Under the pieces are notes generated by a model. It was given only the letters and a program-made list of their open reading frames with translations, ran no database searches and had not been told where the DNA came from. Shown here in pieces: positions 54,003 through 64,000 of a stretch of 64,000 nucleotides of DNA (its first letter is position 1; each line of letters opens with the position of its first letter). Both the position numbers and the translations under genes were made by a program. Origin of the DNA: an uncultured delta proteobacterium (GTDB taxonomy: Bacteria; Desulfobacterota; Binatia; Bin18); contig CAVTCR010000050.1 of NCBI GenBank assembly GCA_963733195.1, forward strand, positions 160,001 to 224,000, in the 5' to 3' direction.

Positions 54003-54410
54003 ATGGATGAACGTAATCGTCGTGAAATGACCCGGGTACCACTACGACTCGATGTCATTCTTCGATCAAAGAGTTCCCCTGCTATGCCCGGAAAAACAAC
54101 GGACGTCAGCCTCAAAGGCATACACATAGACTGCGGTAATCCGCTACCAGTGGGTTCTATTTGTCAGCTCACACTTCTCGTTGGCCTTCAGGCTGATCCG
54201 ATTCGCATTGAACTGGGAGGTACGGTTGTGCGTGCCGATAAGAATGGGATGGCGGTCGAAATCGAGGACGTATTGCCAATTGATACACTCACACACCTGC
54301 AGAACATCATGCGATATAATGCAACCGATGGCGATTGTATCGATCAGGAACTCTATACTCGCGTCAGTCGGAGGTGGGGGCAGGCGGTTTCCGATGATCT
54401 CCTGAAGTAA
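54003..54410 (+). CDS. PilZ domain protein
   Basis: RREMTR (RxxxR) and DVSLKG (DxSxxG). Confidence 0.85.
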   Translation: MDERNRREMTRVPLRLDVILRSKSSPAMPGKTTDVSLKGIHIDCGNPLPVGSICQLTLLVGLQADPIRIELGGTVVRADKNGMAVEIEDVLPIDTLTHLQNIMRYNATDGDCIDQELYTRVSRRWGQAVSDDLLK

Positions 54411-54486
54411 ACCACAACCAATTATCTGTTGACGTTTCGTAATCGAAGACTTGTGAGTGAAAACGTTAGTTAACGAACGTTCCTCA

Positions 54487-56463
54487 TCACTCGACTTCTG
54501 TGTGTGAATCAGTCTCACGAGAGCGCCCTTGCCTGACGCTCTCAGCCTGCGGTTCCTGACGTTTAAGTTGTTTGGAATTGCGCGTATTTTGTCCAGTACT
54601 AGCCTTGCTCGCTTTACTTGGTGATGGAGCAGTATTTGCCTCCTTGCTGGAAGTCGTACCTGCCGACCCATTCCCCCACCACCCTTCCGACAACGGCTTC
54701 ATGAGCGTCAGACCAACTACGATACATAACACCAAAGTTGCTCCGATTATCTGGCGCCTGTTCATCCGAGCAATTACAGAACGGAGCCGCCATAAGGCCA
54801 ACTGACTGGGCGATATCGAGGAACGACGCAGTTGCTGCACGATCTGGAAGAGGGACTGCCGAGCTCCTGTTTCTGCACCAGGATCTGTTCCTGATTCCTT
54901 CTTGAGAGCAGCAACCATCTCTTCAATTATATGAGGAGAAATTTTCTCCTGGCCCGTTGCATAAGCAGCCACCATCGCATTGTTACATATGGCATTGATT
55001 TGCTGGGGGACCGCTTCGGAGTGCTGAGCGATCATCTCAATCACTTCCGGAGCAAATAAATCGTGTTGGTTCCAGCCGGCTGCACGAAACCGATGGTGAA
55101 TAAATATATCAATTTCTTTTTTGCGGAGCGGAGTTACACGGCAGCGGACAGCGAGACGTTCCTGAATCCATCTCAATTCTTTGCGGCCGAGTTTCACCTC
55201 TAGCTCAGGACGCGCGACGAGGACAATCTGTAATAACTTGCCGTGGGGCCCTTCGAGGTCAAGAAGTTGTGGGAGCTTCTTCAATGCCTCAGGAGAAAGG
55301 TTGTGGGCATTATCAAGAACAAGAACTTCAGTCCCTCCCCGATACGTCCAGGCCCAGAGGGCATCTTCAATCGCCTCAAGCTTCACTTTCTCATCGTCAG
55401 TATTAGTGAAACGTAGTGACAATTGGTCACAGAGGGTGGAGAGCAACATCTCAAAGGTTGTATTTGGCGCGTCACATGCAACCTCGTGAACTGTTTCTTC
55501 CAGGGAATTCGTCAATAAATGAATAAGCTTTGTCTTTCCTGTTCCTGGTTTTCCCAGAAGAGCAATGAGGCCCTTTCTTTCACGAATCGCGTTCAGAATA
55601 CTCTTATATGCCTCCTCATACACGGCATTGGTGTAAAAGAAGCGTGGATCAGAAGCAAAAATGGTCTTAAAGACATCTGGGTCCAGTGAAACACTCTGGG
55701 GAAGCATTTGGTGTACCGCAGACCGGACTCTAGTCAAATGAACCGGAAGTGGAGAAGCTTGCGCCCAAGCGGAAGTGACATCGCTCACCTGTACGCGCGG
55801 ACTCCCCTTCGCTACCTGATAAAGTTGTTTCTCCGTCACCTCCAGACACGACAACTTCCCCCCATACACTAAGCCCGTATCAAGCCCCACCTTGTACGGT
55901 AACTCAAACCGCACCGCCCGATGCGGCGTGTGCCCAAAGACCACCGTGTACGGCAAAAGGTGCGTATTGGTTAGGAATTCCTGCCGAATCCACAACATCT
56001 CCTCTACAGTCTGTTCCGCTAACGGTAACAGCGGATTGACCCCAGCATGGACACAGAGGACCTTGTCGACCACGGTAAACGTTTCGAGTTCCTGGAAAAA
56101 CTGCAGGTGCTCGGGGGGCAACCTGTCCGCTACCTCTTGCCCACTCACTCCTTGCGGCACCCGATAACTCCGCAATGTCGCCTGCCCTCCATTGTCAAGG
56201 AACCCCTCCCCAAAATGTCCTTCCTTGCCAAGAAAGTCGAGGAACATATCTTCATGGTTCCCTTTAAGACAGGTCAACTGATAGTTTCTCTCAGCCTTGA
56301 GCCGCAACAGAAAATCCACCACCTCCCGGGACCCTGGTCCGCGATCGATGTAATCGCCGAGGAACACGAGCCGGTCGTCTGGCTGCAGTGGCAACCCCGC
56401 CACTAAAACTTCCAGCTCTTGAGCACACCCATGAATGTCCCCAACAATGTACACTCGCTCCAT
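54487..56463 (-). CDS. PPP-family metallophosphoesterase fused to an ExeA/GspA-like ATPase with C-terminal TM
   Basis: GDIHG, GDYIDRG, GNHE, FGHTP; then DPRFFY, GKPGTGKT, LQIVLVARPEL, PQQINAICNNA. Confidence 0.85.
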   Translation of the reverse strand: MERVYIVGDIHGCAQELEVLVAGLPLQPDDRLVFLGDYIDRGPGSREVVDFLLRLKAERNYQLTCLKGNHEDMFLDFLGKEGHFGEGFLDNGGQATLRSYRVPQGVSGQEVADRLPPEHLQFFQELETFTVVDKVLCVHAGVNPLLPLAEQTVEEMLWIRQEFLTNTHLLPYTVVFGHTPHRAVRFELPYKVGLDTGLVYGGKLSCLEVTEKQLYQVAKGSPRVQVSDVTSAWAQASPLPVHLTRVRSAVHQMLPQSVSLDPDVFKTIFASDPRFFYTNAVYEEAYKSILNAIRERKGLIALLGKPGTGKTKLIHLLTNSLEETVHEVACDAPNTTFEMLLSTLCDQLSLRFTNTDDEKVKLEAIEDALWAWTYRGGTEVLVLDNAHNLSPEALKKLPQLLDLEGPHGKLLQIVLVARPELEVKLGRKELRWIQERLAVRCRVTPLRKKEIDIFIHHRFRAAGWNQHDLFAPEVIEMIAQHSEAVPQQINAICNNAMVAAYATGQEKISPHIIEEMVAALKKESGTDPGAETGARQSLFQIVQQLRRSSISPSQLALWRLRSVIARMNRRQIIGATLVLCIVVGLTLMKPLSEGWWGNGSAGTTSSKEANTAPSPSKASKASTGQNTRNSKQLKRQEPQAESVRQGRSRETDSHTEVE

Positions 56464-57248
56464 TGCTTCGTGCCTTTTACTTCCCTGCTGACGGTGTTGC
56501 TATCCCTTCAGAAAGTTTCGTCTGCGCCCAAGCGGAAGTGACATCGCTCACCTGTACGCGCGGACTCCCCTTCGCTACCTGATAAAGTTGTTTCTCCGTC
56601 ACCTCCAGACACGACAACTTCCCTCCATACACTAAGCCCGTATCAAGCCCCACCTTGTACGGTAACTCAAACCGCACCGCCCGATGCGGCGTGTGCCCAA
56701 AGACCACCGTGTACGGCAAAAGGTGCGTATTGGTTAGGAATTCCTGCCGAATCCACAACATCTCCTCTACAGTCTGTTCCGCTAACGGTAACAGCGGATT
56801 GACCCCAGCATGGACACAGAGGACCTTGTCGACCACGGTAAACGTTTCGAGTTCCTGGAAAAACTGCAGGTGCTCGGGGGCAACCTGTCCGCTACCTCTT
56901 GCCCGCTCACTCCTTGCGGCACCCGATAACTCCGCAATGTCGCCTGCCCTCCATTATGCAAAAACGCGTCACCATAGTGGCCAGGTAGTCCGATAAAGTC
57001 GAGGAACATATCTTCATGGTTCCCTTTGAGACAGGTCAACTGATAGTTTCTCTCAGCCTTGAGCCGCAATAGGAAGTCTATAACTTCTTGAGACTCCAAT
57101 CCACGATCGATGTAATCGCCGAGGAACACGAGCCGGTCGTCTGGCTGCAGTGGCAACCCCGCCACTAAAACTTCCAGCTCTTGAGCACACCCATGAATGT
57201 CCCCAACAATGTACACTCGCTCCATTGCTTCGTGCCTTTTACTTCCCT
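55760..57248. repeat. Tandem direct repeat of about 727 bp (55760-56486 and 56523-57248)
   Basis: Near-identical copies except two short divergent patches and one G-run length difference. Confidence 0.95.
56477..57225 (-). CDS. Stand-alone PPP-family metallophosphoesterase; frameshift at G-run 56876-56880
   Basis: ORFs 56782-57225 and 56477-56836 together match the fused copy; 5 G here versus 6 G in the other copy. Confidence 0.85.
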
Positions 57249-58015
57249 TTATACACCGGTTCTCGCTTTTCTAAAAAGGCAGCGACGCCTTCACGACAAT
57301 CTTCGGTCTTGGTCATCCGGCGTTGTTCATTCATTTCCGCTGTCAGTGTATCGTCAAGACTGCTTGCCAGAGCTTTGTGAATTGACGCTTTTATTGCAGC
57401 CAAGGCCAATGGCGCATTCTTTGCCAAGCGTTCGGCGTAAGTTACTACGTAGGCTTGAAACTCGGCTTCAGCAACCACATGGTTCACGAGCCCTATGCGA
57501 AACGCCTCTTCAGCATTCACCATATCGCCCGTTAACGCCATTTCCATCCCACGCAGACCAGCAAGTCGTGGGAGGAAATAGCTAGCGCCGCCATCGAGTG
57601 TCAGTCCCCGCTTAACGAAAAGGAGGGAAAACCGCGCAGCCGGAGAAGCCAGGCGGACATCAGCAGCTAGGGCAAGAGAACAACCGTAACCGGCCGCTAC
57701 GCCACCAACAGCAGCAATCACCGGCTTCGGTAAGTTCCAGAGGGCTCGAATTGTCGCGTTAAATCCGTCCTCGAGAAGGTCTTCGTTCGCAGGAGCCGAT
57801 TCGCTTTGCCCGGATCGTAGATCAGCTCCCGAACAAAATGCACTGCCTGCCCCGGTTAACACCACTACTCGTGTGTCTGTGTCTTTGCCGCTTTCAGTAA
57901 GGTGCTCACGGAGAGCAAGGATCGTCTCACGGTCAAGCGCATTCTTCCGCTCGGGTCGATTAATCGTGATCCAATGCACCCGCGATTGTTTTTCGCTCAA
58001 GACAACACCATTCAT
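57239..58015 (-). CDS. Enoyl-CoA hydratase/isomerase family protein
   Basis: NRPERKNAL, AFCSGADL, PKPVIAAV, EGVAAFLEKREP. Confidence 0.92.
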   Translation of the reverse strand: MNGVVLSEKQSRVHWITINRPERKNALDRETILALREHLTESGKDTDTRVVVLTGAGSAFCSGADLRSGQSESAPANEDLLEDGFNATIRALWNLPKPVIAAVGGVAAGYGCSLALAADVRLASPAARFSLLFVKRGLTLDGGASYFLPRLAGLRGMEMALTGDMVNAEEAFRIGLVNHVVAEAEFQAYVVTYAERLAKNAPLALAAIKASIHKALASSLDDTLTAEMNEQRRMTKTEDCREGVAAFLEKREPVYKGK

Positions 58016-58667
58016 TGTTGATCTCCTTCACCGGGACGGAAAAAACTTCCTGAAACGCACGGCAGGCCAATTGCACTACTTCACGCATCTCAATAGTAAT
58101 TCTCACTTCTTGCGCAATACTCGTTACCGCCGCTTCTGGCAATCCACATGGAACGATATACGAGAATGGGTCAAGATCGACATCAATATTTAACGCAAAG
58201 CCATGCAGTGAGGTTCCATGCTGGACTGCAATACCAACGGCTCCGATTTTTTGCTCTTGCACCCACACACCCGGAAACCCACGTCGACGTTCCACAGCAA
58301 CACCATAGTTAGCACACAAGTGGCGCATTACTTCTTCCAAATGCGCGATAAAAGCCCGCACCCCATAGGAACGAAAAAGGGTCGAAAAAATCGGATACGC
58401 TACAAGCTGTCCCGGACCATGATACGTGGCACTCCCACCCCGCGTACTCGCAACTAGCGAGATCCCCTTCTCTGCAAGTTCCGCACGAGAGCGTAGAAGA
58501 TGCTCAGTCTGACGGCGATAGCCAAGCGTCACCACAGGATAGTGTTCTGTAATAAGAACCACATTCTCTCCAGTTTTTCGGCAGCGAGCATGAACGCTCT
58601 GCTGTGACCGCAAAGCCCACAGATAATCAGTCAAACCAAGAGAGGCAACAAGAATCTCCATAGGCAT
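57960..58667 (-). CDS. lipB: Octanoyltransferase LipB
   Basis: EHYPVVTLG, RGGSATYHGPGQLVAYP, KIGAVG, HGFALN, IVPCG. Confidence 0.92.
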   Translation of the reverse strand: MPMEILVASLGLTDYLWALRSQQSVHARCRKTGENVVLITEHYPVVTLGYRRQTEHLLRSRAELAEKGISLVASTRGGSATYHGPGQLVAYPIFSTLFRSYGVRAFIAHLEEVMRHLCANYGVAVERRRGFPGVWVQEQKIGAVGIAVQHGTSLHGFALNIDVDLDPFSYIVPCGLPEAAVTSIAQEVRITIEMREVVQLACRAFQEVFSVPVKEINNEWCCLERKTIAGALDHD

Positions 58668-58766
58668 AGAAGACCAGTACTTGAGACTACTCCACTTAAT
58701 GTGGAGGCACAAGCAACAAGTATTGACTCCCCTTCCCCTTAGATGGTACCGCTGTATCCATTCATT

Positions 58767-59171
58767 ATGATGTTAGTGCGCTTGTTGTACAAAAGCTACG
58801 CGTTTGTCGCAGGGACTGCCCTGATCCTGTTAGGAGTGGGGAACTACCTGACAGCTGAATCGAAGGTTCACCATTACCAATCAGTCATGACTACGATTTC
58901 TTCATTGCGGCAACCTTCCTCGGATTTTCTGCCGTACGGAGAGAAAGCCTATTTCCCGAGCGAAGCACACGAACGGTGGGAGATTGCACGAGCGAAGCGT
59001 GACTTTTATCAAGTGGTACTCAGTGCAGGGCGCTTAATGATGGGGATCGGATTCCTTTGTACTGCCGTAAGTTTGATCCGATTACGCCGCCAATACGCCC
59101 TGGGAACGGCAACGCTTCTTTCAGCTACGATGAGTAGGAATTATGCGCAGAGACCGCCATCTCCCACATAA
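58767..59171 (+). CDS. Hypothetical two-TM membrane protein
   Basis: Two hydrophobic segments flanking a soluble loop. Confidence 0.6.
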   Translation: MMLVRLLYKSYAFVAGTALILLGVGNYLTAESKVHHYQSVMTTISSLRQPSSDFLPYGEKAYFPSEAHERWEIARAKRDFYQVVLSAGRLMMGIGFLCTAVSLIRLRRQYALGTATLLSATMSRNYAQRPPSPT

Positions 59172-59223
59172 AAACGTACTTACACAAGAATGGGTTCTTG
59201 GTGATTTCTCATCAGATGAGCGA

Positions 59224-60228
59224 ATGAGCCTGATTCCTGTTCGCTCACGTCAGAAAATGCTGTCGCGTAGCAATAAAGAACACAGCCGCTCCCCTATTTT
59301 TTCCCTAGCTGCGACGATAGCGTTTCTTCTTCATCTCGCGGTCTTGCTTTTTCTCTGGCAAAAACCTCATCTCACAACACCAGCGCAGGAGTCGTTAAGC
59401 TCACAGGTCACAGAAGTTGAATTTGTTCCGCTTCTTGATCCCGTTTCCACGGCTCGACTGCCCGCGCCTCCCCCGCAACAGGTATTGCAAGATTTTCATT
59501 CATCAGCATTGGCTCGTGCAGAGTCTCTTGAACACACTCTTACCCAAGCTGTTGCGCAACGAGCCACTGCGGAAGCTGAACAACAACAACATCTCGATGC
59601 TCTTGTCATAGCGCAAGCAACACTCCAGGGCCAAGTAACTTCGCTTGCTGAGGAGAAAGCCGAGATCATCGCGCGACTCGAGAACGAACGCCAGCGTAAT
59701 GTCACATTGGCGCAGCAAGTCCACGATATCCAGCAGGCACGAGACAAGGAACTACAAGAAGTAAAAGAGACTTACGATCGTCTCGTCGCTGCGCTCCAAG
59801 GAGAGATCTCACAAAAGGAGATTGCTCTTCACCAGGCAAAAGATAAACTAACAGTGACTATTCTTGACCGCATCTTGTTTCCCAGCGGTCAGGCAACTCT
59901 GACTCCAGAAGGGGAACAACTTATTGAAAAGGTCGGAGCGATCCTCGTAAAAGTGGCCGGACAACGTATCCTCATCGAAGGACACACGGATAACGTGCCC
60001 ATCGGAGCAACCCTCAGTACGCGGTTTCCTTCCAATTGGGAATTGTCGAGCGCTCGCGCTGCAGAGGTCGTCAAATATCTGATTTCCCGTGTTCAACTTT
60101 CGCCACAGCAGTTGAACGCGGTTGGACGAGCAGATACGAGCCCAGTCGCTAGCAACACAAACGAAGAAGGTCGTAGACTCAATCGACGCATCGAGATCAT
60201 CGTCCTCCCGTTAGAGGCGCAGTCGTAA
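59224..60228 (+). CDS. OmpA/MotB C-terminal domain protein with TM anchor and coiled coil
   Basis: ILFPSGQA, IEGHTDNVPI, SNWELSSARA, NRRIEI. Confidence 0.88.
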   Translation: MSLIPVRSRQKMLSRSNKEHSRSPIFSLAATIAFLLHLAVLLFLWQKPHLTTPAQESLSSQVTEVEFVPLLDPVSTARLPAPPPQQVLQDFHSSALARAESLEHTLTQAVAQRATAEAEQQQHLDALVIAQATLQGQVTSLAEEKAEIIARLENERQRNVTLAQQVHDIQQARDKELQEVKETYDRLVAALQGEISQKEIALHQAKDKLTVTILDRILFPSGQATLTPEGEQLIEKVGAILVKVAGQRILIEGHTDNVPIGATLSTRFPSNWELSSARAAEVVKYLISRVQLSPQQLNAVGRADTSPVASNTNEEGRRLNRRIEIIVLPLEAQS

Positions 60229-60369
60229 AGACGTCCATAAGGACATCCACCGAACCCTGCGTTGCCGCTCCTGTTTTCTCTAGGTCTGTAGGCTCGCGGC
60301 TCCCCTTGCAGGAGTACAGGGTTACGCTATAAATGAGCCACCAGCCTGGAGGAACGTTGAGGAATTTAC

Positions 60370-61071
60370 ATGCTGCGATGGCTTCCGGAGGATGTCTCTC
60401 CGTATGGCGCGGGGATCGACGCGCTCTTCCATCTTATTTACCTCCTTACGGCTATTGTCTTTCTCGCCGTTACCGCTGTCATGATCGTTTTCCTCTTCCG
60501 GTACCGTGCCCGAGAAGGTCGGCGAGCGATATATACACACGGTAATACCACCGTTGAGATTCTGTGGACGATCGTTCCAGCTGCCATTTTCATCTGGCTT
60601 GGGCTGCTCAGTAAGTCGCAGTGGGAAAAGATCCGCATGACCATGCCTCTCTCAGATACGATGATCCGTGTCACTGCGAAGCAGTTTAATTGGGAGATCC
60701 TGTACCCTGGACCGGATAGGCAATTTGGCACTACCGACGATAAGCAAGTCGATAATGAGATCCATATCCCAGTCGGACAGCCGATTCGCGTCATCATCAG
60801 CTCAAAAGATGTCATCCATAGCCTCTTTCTTCCCAACCTCCGTTTCAAACAAGATGCGGTTCCAGGACGGGACATACAGGCATGGTTTCAAGCAAACAAA
60901 CCAGGGAAGTACGAAGTTCCCTGTGCCGAACTCTGCGGCTTCGGCCACTCCGGCATGAAAGGATGGCTGTATGCCCTCTCTGCCGAAGACTATCGACAAT
61001 GGCAGCGCGAGCAATGGCCACAGGAGATTCCGTTATCTGTAGAGACGGAAAAGGGACACCCGGATGAGTAA
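60370..61071 (+). CDS. coxB: Cytochrome c oxidase subunit II
   Basis: EILWTIVP, DVIHS, CAELCGFGHSGM CuA motif. Confidence 0.95.
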   Translation: MLRWLPEDVSPYGAGIDALFHLIYLLTAIVFLAVTAVMIVFLFRYRAREGRRAIYTHGNTTVEILWTIVPAAIFIWLGLLSKSQWEKIRMTMPLSDTMIRVTAKQFNWEILYPGPDRQFGTTDDKQVDNEIHIPVGQPIRVIISSKDVIHSLFLPNLRFKQDAVPGRDIQAWFQANKPGKYEVPCAELCGFGHSGMKGWLYALSAEDYRQWQREQWPQEIPLSVETEKGHPDE

Positions 61072-62906
61072 AGCCATAGCGCCAGCTTCCTTTTCTGATC
61101 ATACCGTACCAACTGAACCGCCAGGGTTCTGGCGAACATATATCTTCTCGCTTGATCACAAAATGATTGGTAAGCAGTTCTTATTCCTGAGCGGTGTGAT
61201 GCTCGTCTGTGGTGGCCTGCTCGCCATGTTGATGCGCTGGGAATTAGCCTGGCCGGAAAGCCCACTACCGCTGATCGGCGCGTCGCAACAATTTATCGAC
61301 AGCGGCACGCCCCAAACGGCAATGGACAAAACATGGCAGGAATGGCTCGCGCAGGACGAAGCCGAACAAAACTGGCTGGCGCGCACTATGCCTACCGGTG
61401 CAGTGACTCCGGCGTTTTACAACTCCTTGTTCACCATGCACGCCACCATCATGATCTTTTTTGTTGTCACTCCATTTTTGGTGGGTGGATTTGGGAATTT
61501 TCTTATCCCGCTCATGATTGGTGCTGGCGACATGGCCTTCCCGTTCCTCAATATGCTTTCCTTCTGGTTCACGGTGCCCGCCGCAGCACTTGTATTGTAC
61601 AGTTTTTTTGTTCCAGGCGGAGCCGCGGCAGGAGGATGGACAATGTACGCAACGCTCTCTGCCAAGGCACAATATAGCGGCGTCGAGTGGGGCGTAGACC
61701 TCTGGATTATCAGCCTGATTTTGCTGAGCGTGGCCTCACTCATGGGGTCGATCAACTACATTACCACGATCATCAACATGCGAGCGCCGGGAATGATCGT
61801 GGTTTCGCCTGCCGCTGACGATATGGTCACTGTTTGTTACTGCGATTTTGTTGTTACTTGCCTTGCCGGTTCTCACGGCAGCGTTGTTGCTGTTATTATT
61901 TGATCGAACGATGGGAACAAGCTTTTTCTTACCCGAAGGCGGTGGGGAACCATTACTGTGGCAACACTTATTTTGGTTCTTCGGCCATCCTGAAGTCTAC
62001 ATTTTGGTGCTCCCCGCAATGGGAGTGACATCAGAAATTCTATCGACCTTCTCTCGTAAGCCAATTTTTGGTTACCGTGCGATGGTCTTGTCTATGATAT
62101 CTCTAGCGTTCCTGTCGTGGGTTGTCTGGGGGCATCACATGTTTCAAAGTGGTATGAATCCCGCCCTCGGCACCGCGTTTATGCTCACAACCATGGTCAT
62201 CGCCGTTCCATCCGCGATTAAGACATTCAATTGGCTCGGGACTCTATGGGGAGGAAATATCCAGTTTACCAGCCCGATGCTGTTCGCCCTCGGTTTTATT
62301 TCCAACTTCGTGATCGGCGGGTTGAGTGGTATCTACATGGCCTCAACCCCGGTCGATATCTATATTCACGACACCTACTTCGTCGTTGCCCACTTTCACT
62401 ACGTTGTCGCTGGGATTATCTTTGGCATGTTTGCTGGGTTGTACTATTGGTTTCCCAAAATGTTCGGACGTCTCCTCAATGAACCTCTTGGGAAAGTGCA
62501 CTTCTTTCTCACGTATGTATTCTTTAATACCACGTTCTTTCCTATGCATTTCCTGGGAGTCGCAGGCCATATACGTCGTATCTATAACCCCACACAATAC
62601 GAATTTCTCCATCCTATGCAGGAGTGGAACCTTTTTATCACTTATAGTGCCTTCTGTTTGTTTCTTGCCCAACTGCCATTTTGCGTAAACCTCATCTGGA
62701 GCCTCAGGTACGGACGAAGAGCAGAGGCCAATCCGTGGTTCGCTAACACACTCGAATGGAGTGTTCCCTCCCCGCCTACACATGGGAATTTTGTAGTGAC
62801 GCCAACTGTGTACCGTGGCCCGTACGAATACAGTTCTCCACTAGTCACCGAAGACTGGTTACCACAGGATCGGGTACTGAGTCCGGCAACTGTTGCTGCA
62901 CGATAA
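61064..62906 (+). CDS. coxA: Cytochrome c oxidase subunit I (A1 type); frameshift near 61797
   Basis: DHKMIG, TMHATIM, WFFGHPEVY, WGHHMF, VAHFHY. Confidence 0.95.
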
Positions 62907-62913
62907 CTTGATT

Positions 62914-63859
62914 ATGAAAACCTTTTCGTTGAACTCCCCGTCGCCTTCACCGTGGCCGCACCGCTTCGCGTTGCTCACCACACTGGCGACACTGCCGCTG
63001 TTGTTTATCGGCGGATTAGTCACCAGCACGAATTCTGGACTGGCCGTACCGGATTGGCCGACCACGTTCGGTGAGAATATGTTTCTCTATCCCTGGTCAA
63101 AGATGGTGGGAGGAATTTTCTACGAACACAGTCATCGCCTGTTTGGTTCGCTGGTCGGCTTTTTGACGATCTTCCTGGCGATCTCTCTGTGGGTAACAGA
63201 ACCGCGGCAATGGCTACGCTGGCTTGGGGTTGTTGCGCTTGGCGCGGTCATTGTTCAAGGCATCCTCGGTGGTCTTACGAGTCACCCTGCTTGAACAGAC
63301 GCTTGCGATTGTTCATGCATGCTTTGCTCAGGCGTTCTTCGCACTCGCCGCCAGCCTCGTCCTTTTTACTTCCGCCGAATGGCGCACCCCCATTGTCCCA
63401 CAGGCTGCTCCAGATGCAGGAAGAGTTCAGCGCCTTGGCGTCCTCACCACAGGACTCATTTATGTACAGTTAATTTTCGGCGCTATCCTCCGCCATCGTG
63501 GAGCAGCAGATATGCTCCATATCGCCGGGGCAGTAATCGTTACCGTCCACGTGATATTGCTCGCAGCACGAGTGACACGGAACTACGACAACCTTCCTGT
63601 ACTGGTGAAGACTGCACGTTGCTTACTCAGTCTCCTGGTTGTACAGCTGTTGCTTGGTATTGGCGCCTATCTTGGGAAATTCACCCAGTCTGGAACCGCG
63701 CTAAATCCTTATGTCGTGCCGCTTGCGACGACACATGTGGTTGTAGGTGCACTTATGCTTGTGACCTGTCTTATTTTAACTCTGCGGTCGTATCGTCTGT
63801 TGACGCCTCAGCCTCTGACGCTACAATCTCACACATTATCGAAGCAGGCTTCCCTATGA
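62914..63859 (+). CDS. ctaA: Heme A synthase (COX15/CtaA); frameshift near 63273
   Basis: GGLVTSTNSGLAVPDWP, EHSHRL, QGILGG, conserved His in later helices. Confidence 0.9.
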
Positions 63860-64000
63860 CACCATCGACAGATTCGAATCTCGTTCTGGATGTTTCGGCT
63901 TCTCGCATACGACGACGGGCAGTTGACTACTTCGAGCTGACTAAACCACGGATTGTCGCCATGATCTTGATTACCACTGCCGCAGGGTTTTATCTTGGCG
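63856..64000 (+). CDS. ctaB: Heme O synthase (protoheme IX farnesyltransferase), partial at window end
   Basis: Manual translation ...DYFELTKPRIVAMILITTAAGFYLG; ATGA overlap with ctaA. Confidence 0.85.
   Translation, partial: MTPSTDSNLVLDVSASRIRRRAVDYFELTKPRIVAMILITTAAGFYLG

Noticed and set aside
55760-57248. Diversity-generating retroelement TR/VR pair
   Set aside because: Differences are not adenine-specific, are clustered in two patches, and there is no reverse transcriptase in the window
61780-61860. Programmed frameshifting or natural split of coxA and other split genes
   Set aside because: No slippery heptamer or consistent signal; sequencing error is simpler

Overview
Bacterial chromosomal window. 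Gene content and order suggest a Gram-negative, deltaproteobacterium-like lineage, possibly Binatota; this is inference only. In order it carries: a wHTH-ATPase-TPR regulator, a scar of broken toxin-antitoxin and cytochrome genes, amidohydrolase/glyoxalase genes, a compact 4-hydroxyphenylacetate-type meta-cleavage cluster, and the housekeeping run tilS-ftsH-cdaA-cdaR-glmM-nnr-tsaE-lysC-cimA-cysE. These are followed by a NarL-type two-component pair, two small decayed islands at a tRNA-Met gene, thiolase and amidohydrolase genes, a sigma54-controlled Tad/Flp pilus locus, a duplicated PPP phosphatase (one copy fused to an ExeA-like ATPase), ech, lipB, a MotB/OmpA-like gene and the start of a cytochrome c oxidase operon. 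Many conserved genes carry single-base frameshifts, most likely long-read consensus errors. Two structures stand out. First, a family of intergenic hairpins built from 7-nt-periodic repeats, each with a different repeat unit; one is 'filled' with an antisense four-helix-bundle gene while the others are 'empty'. Second, a tRNA-Met gene present as promoter + 5' half, a complete copy, and a 3' half, implying that the only complete copy in the window was rebuilt from two integrated elements.
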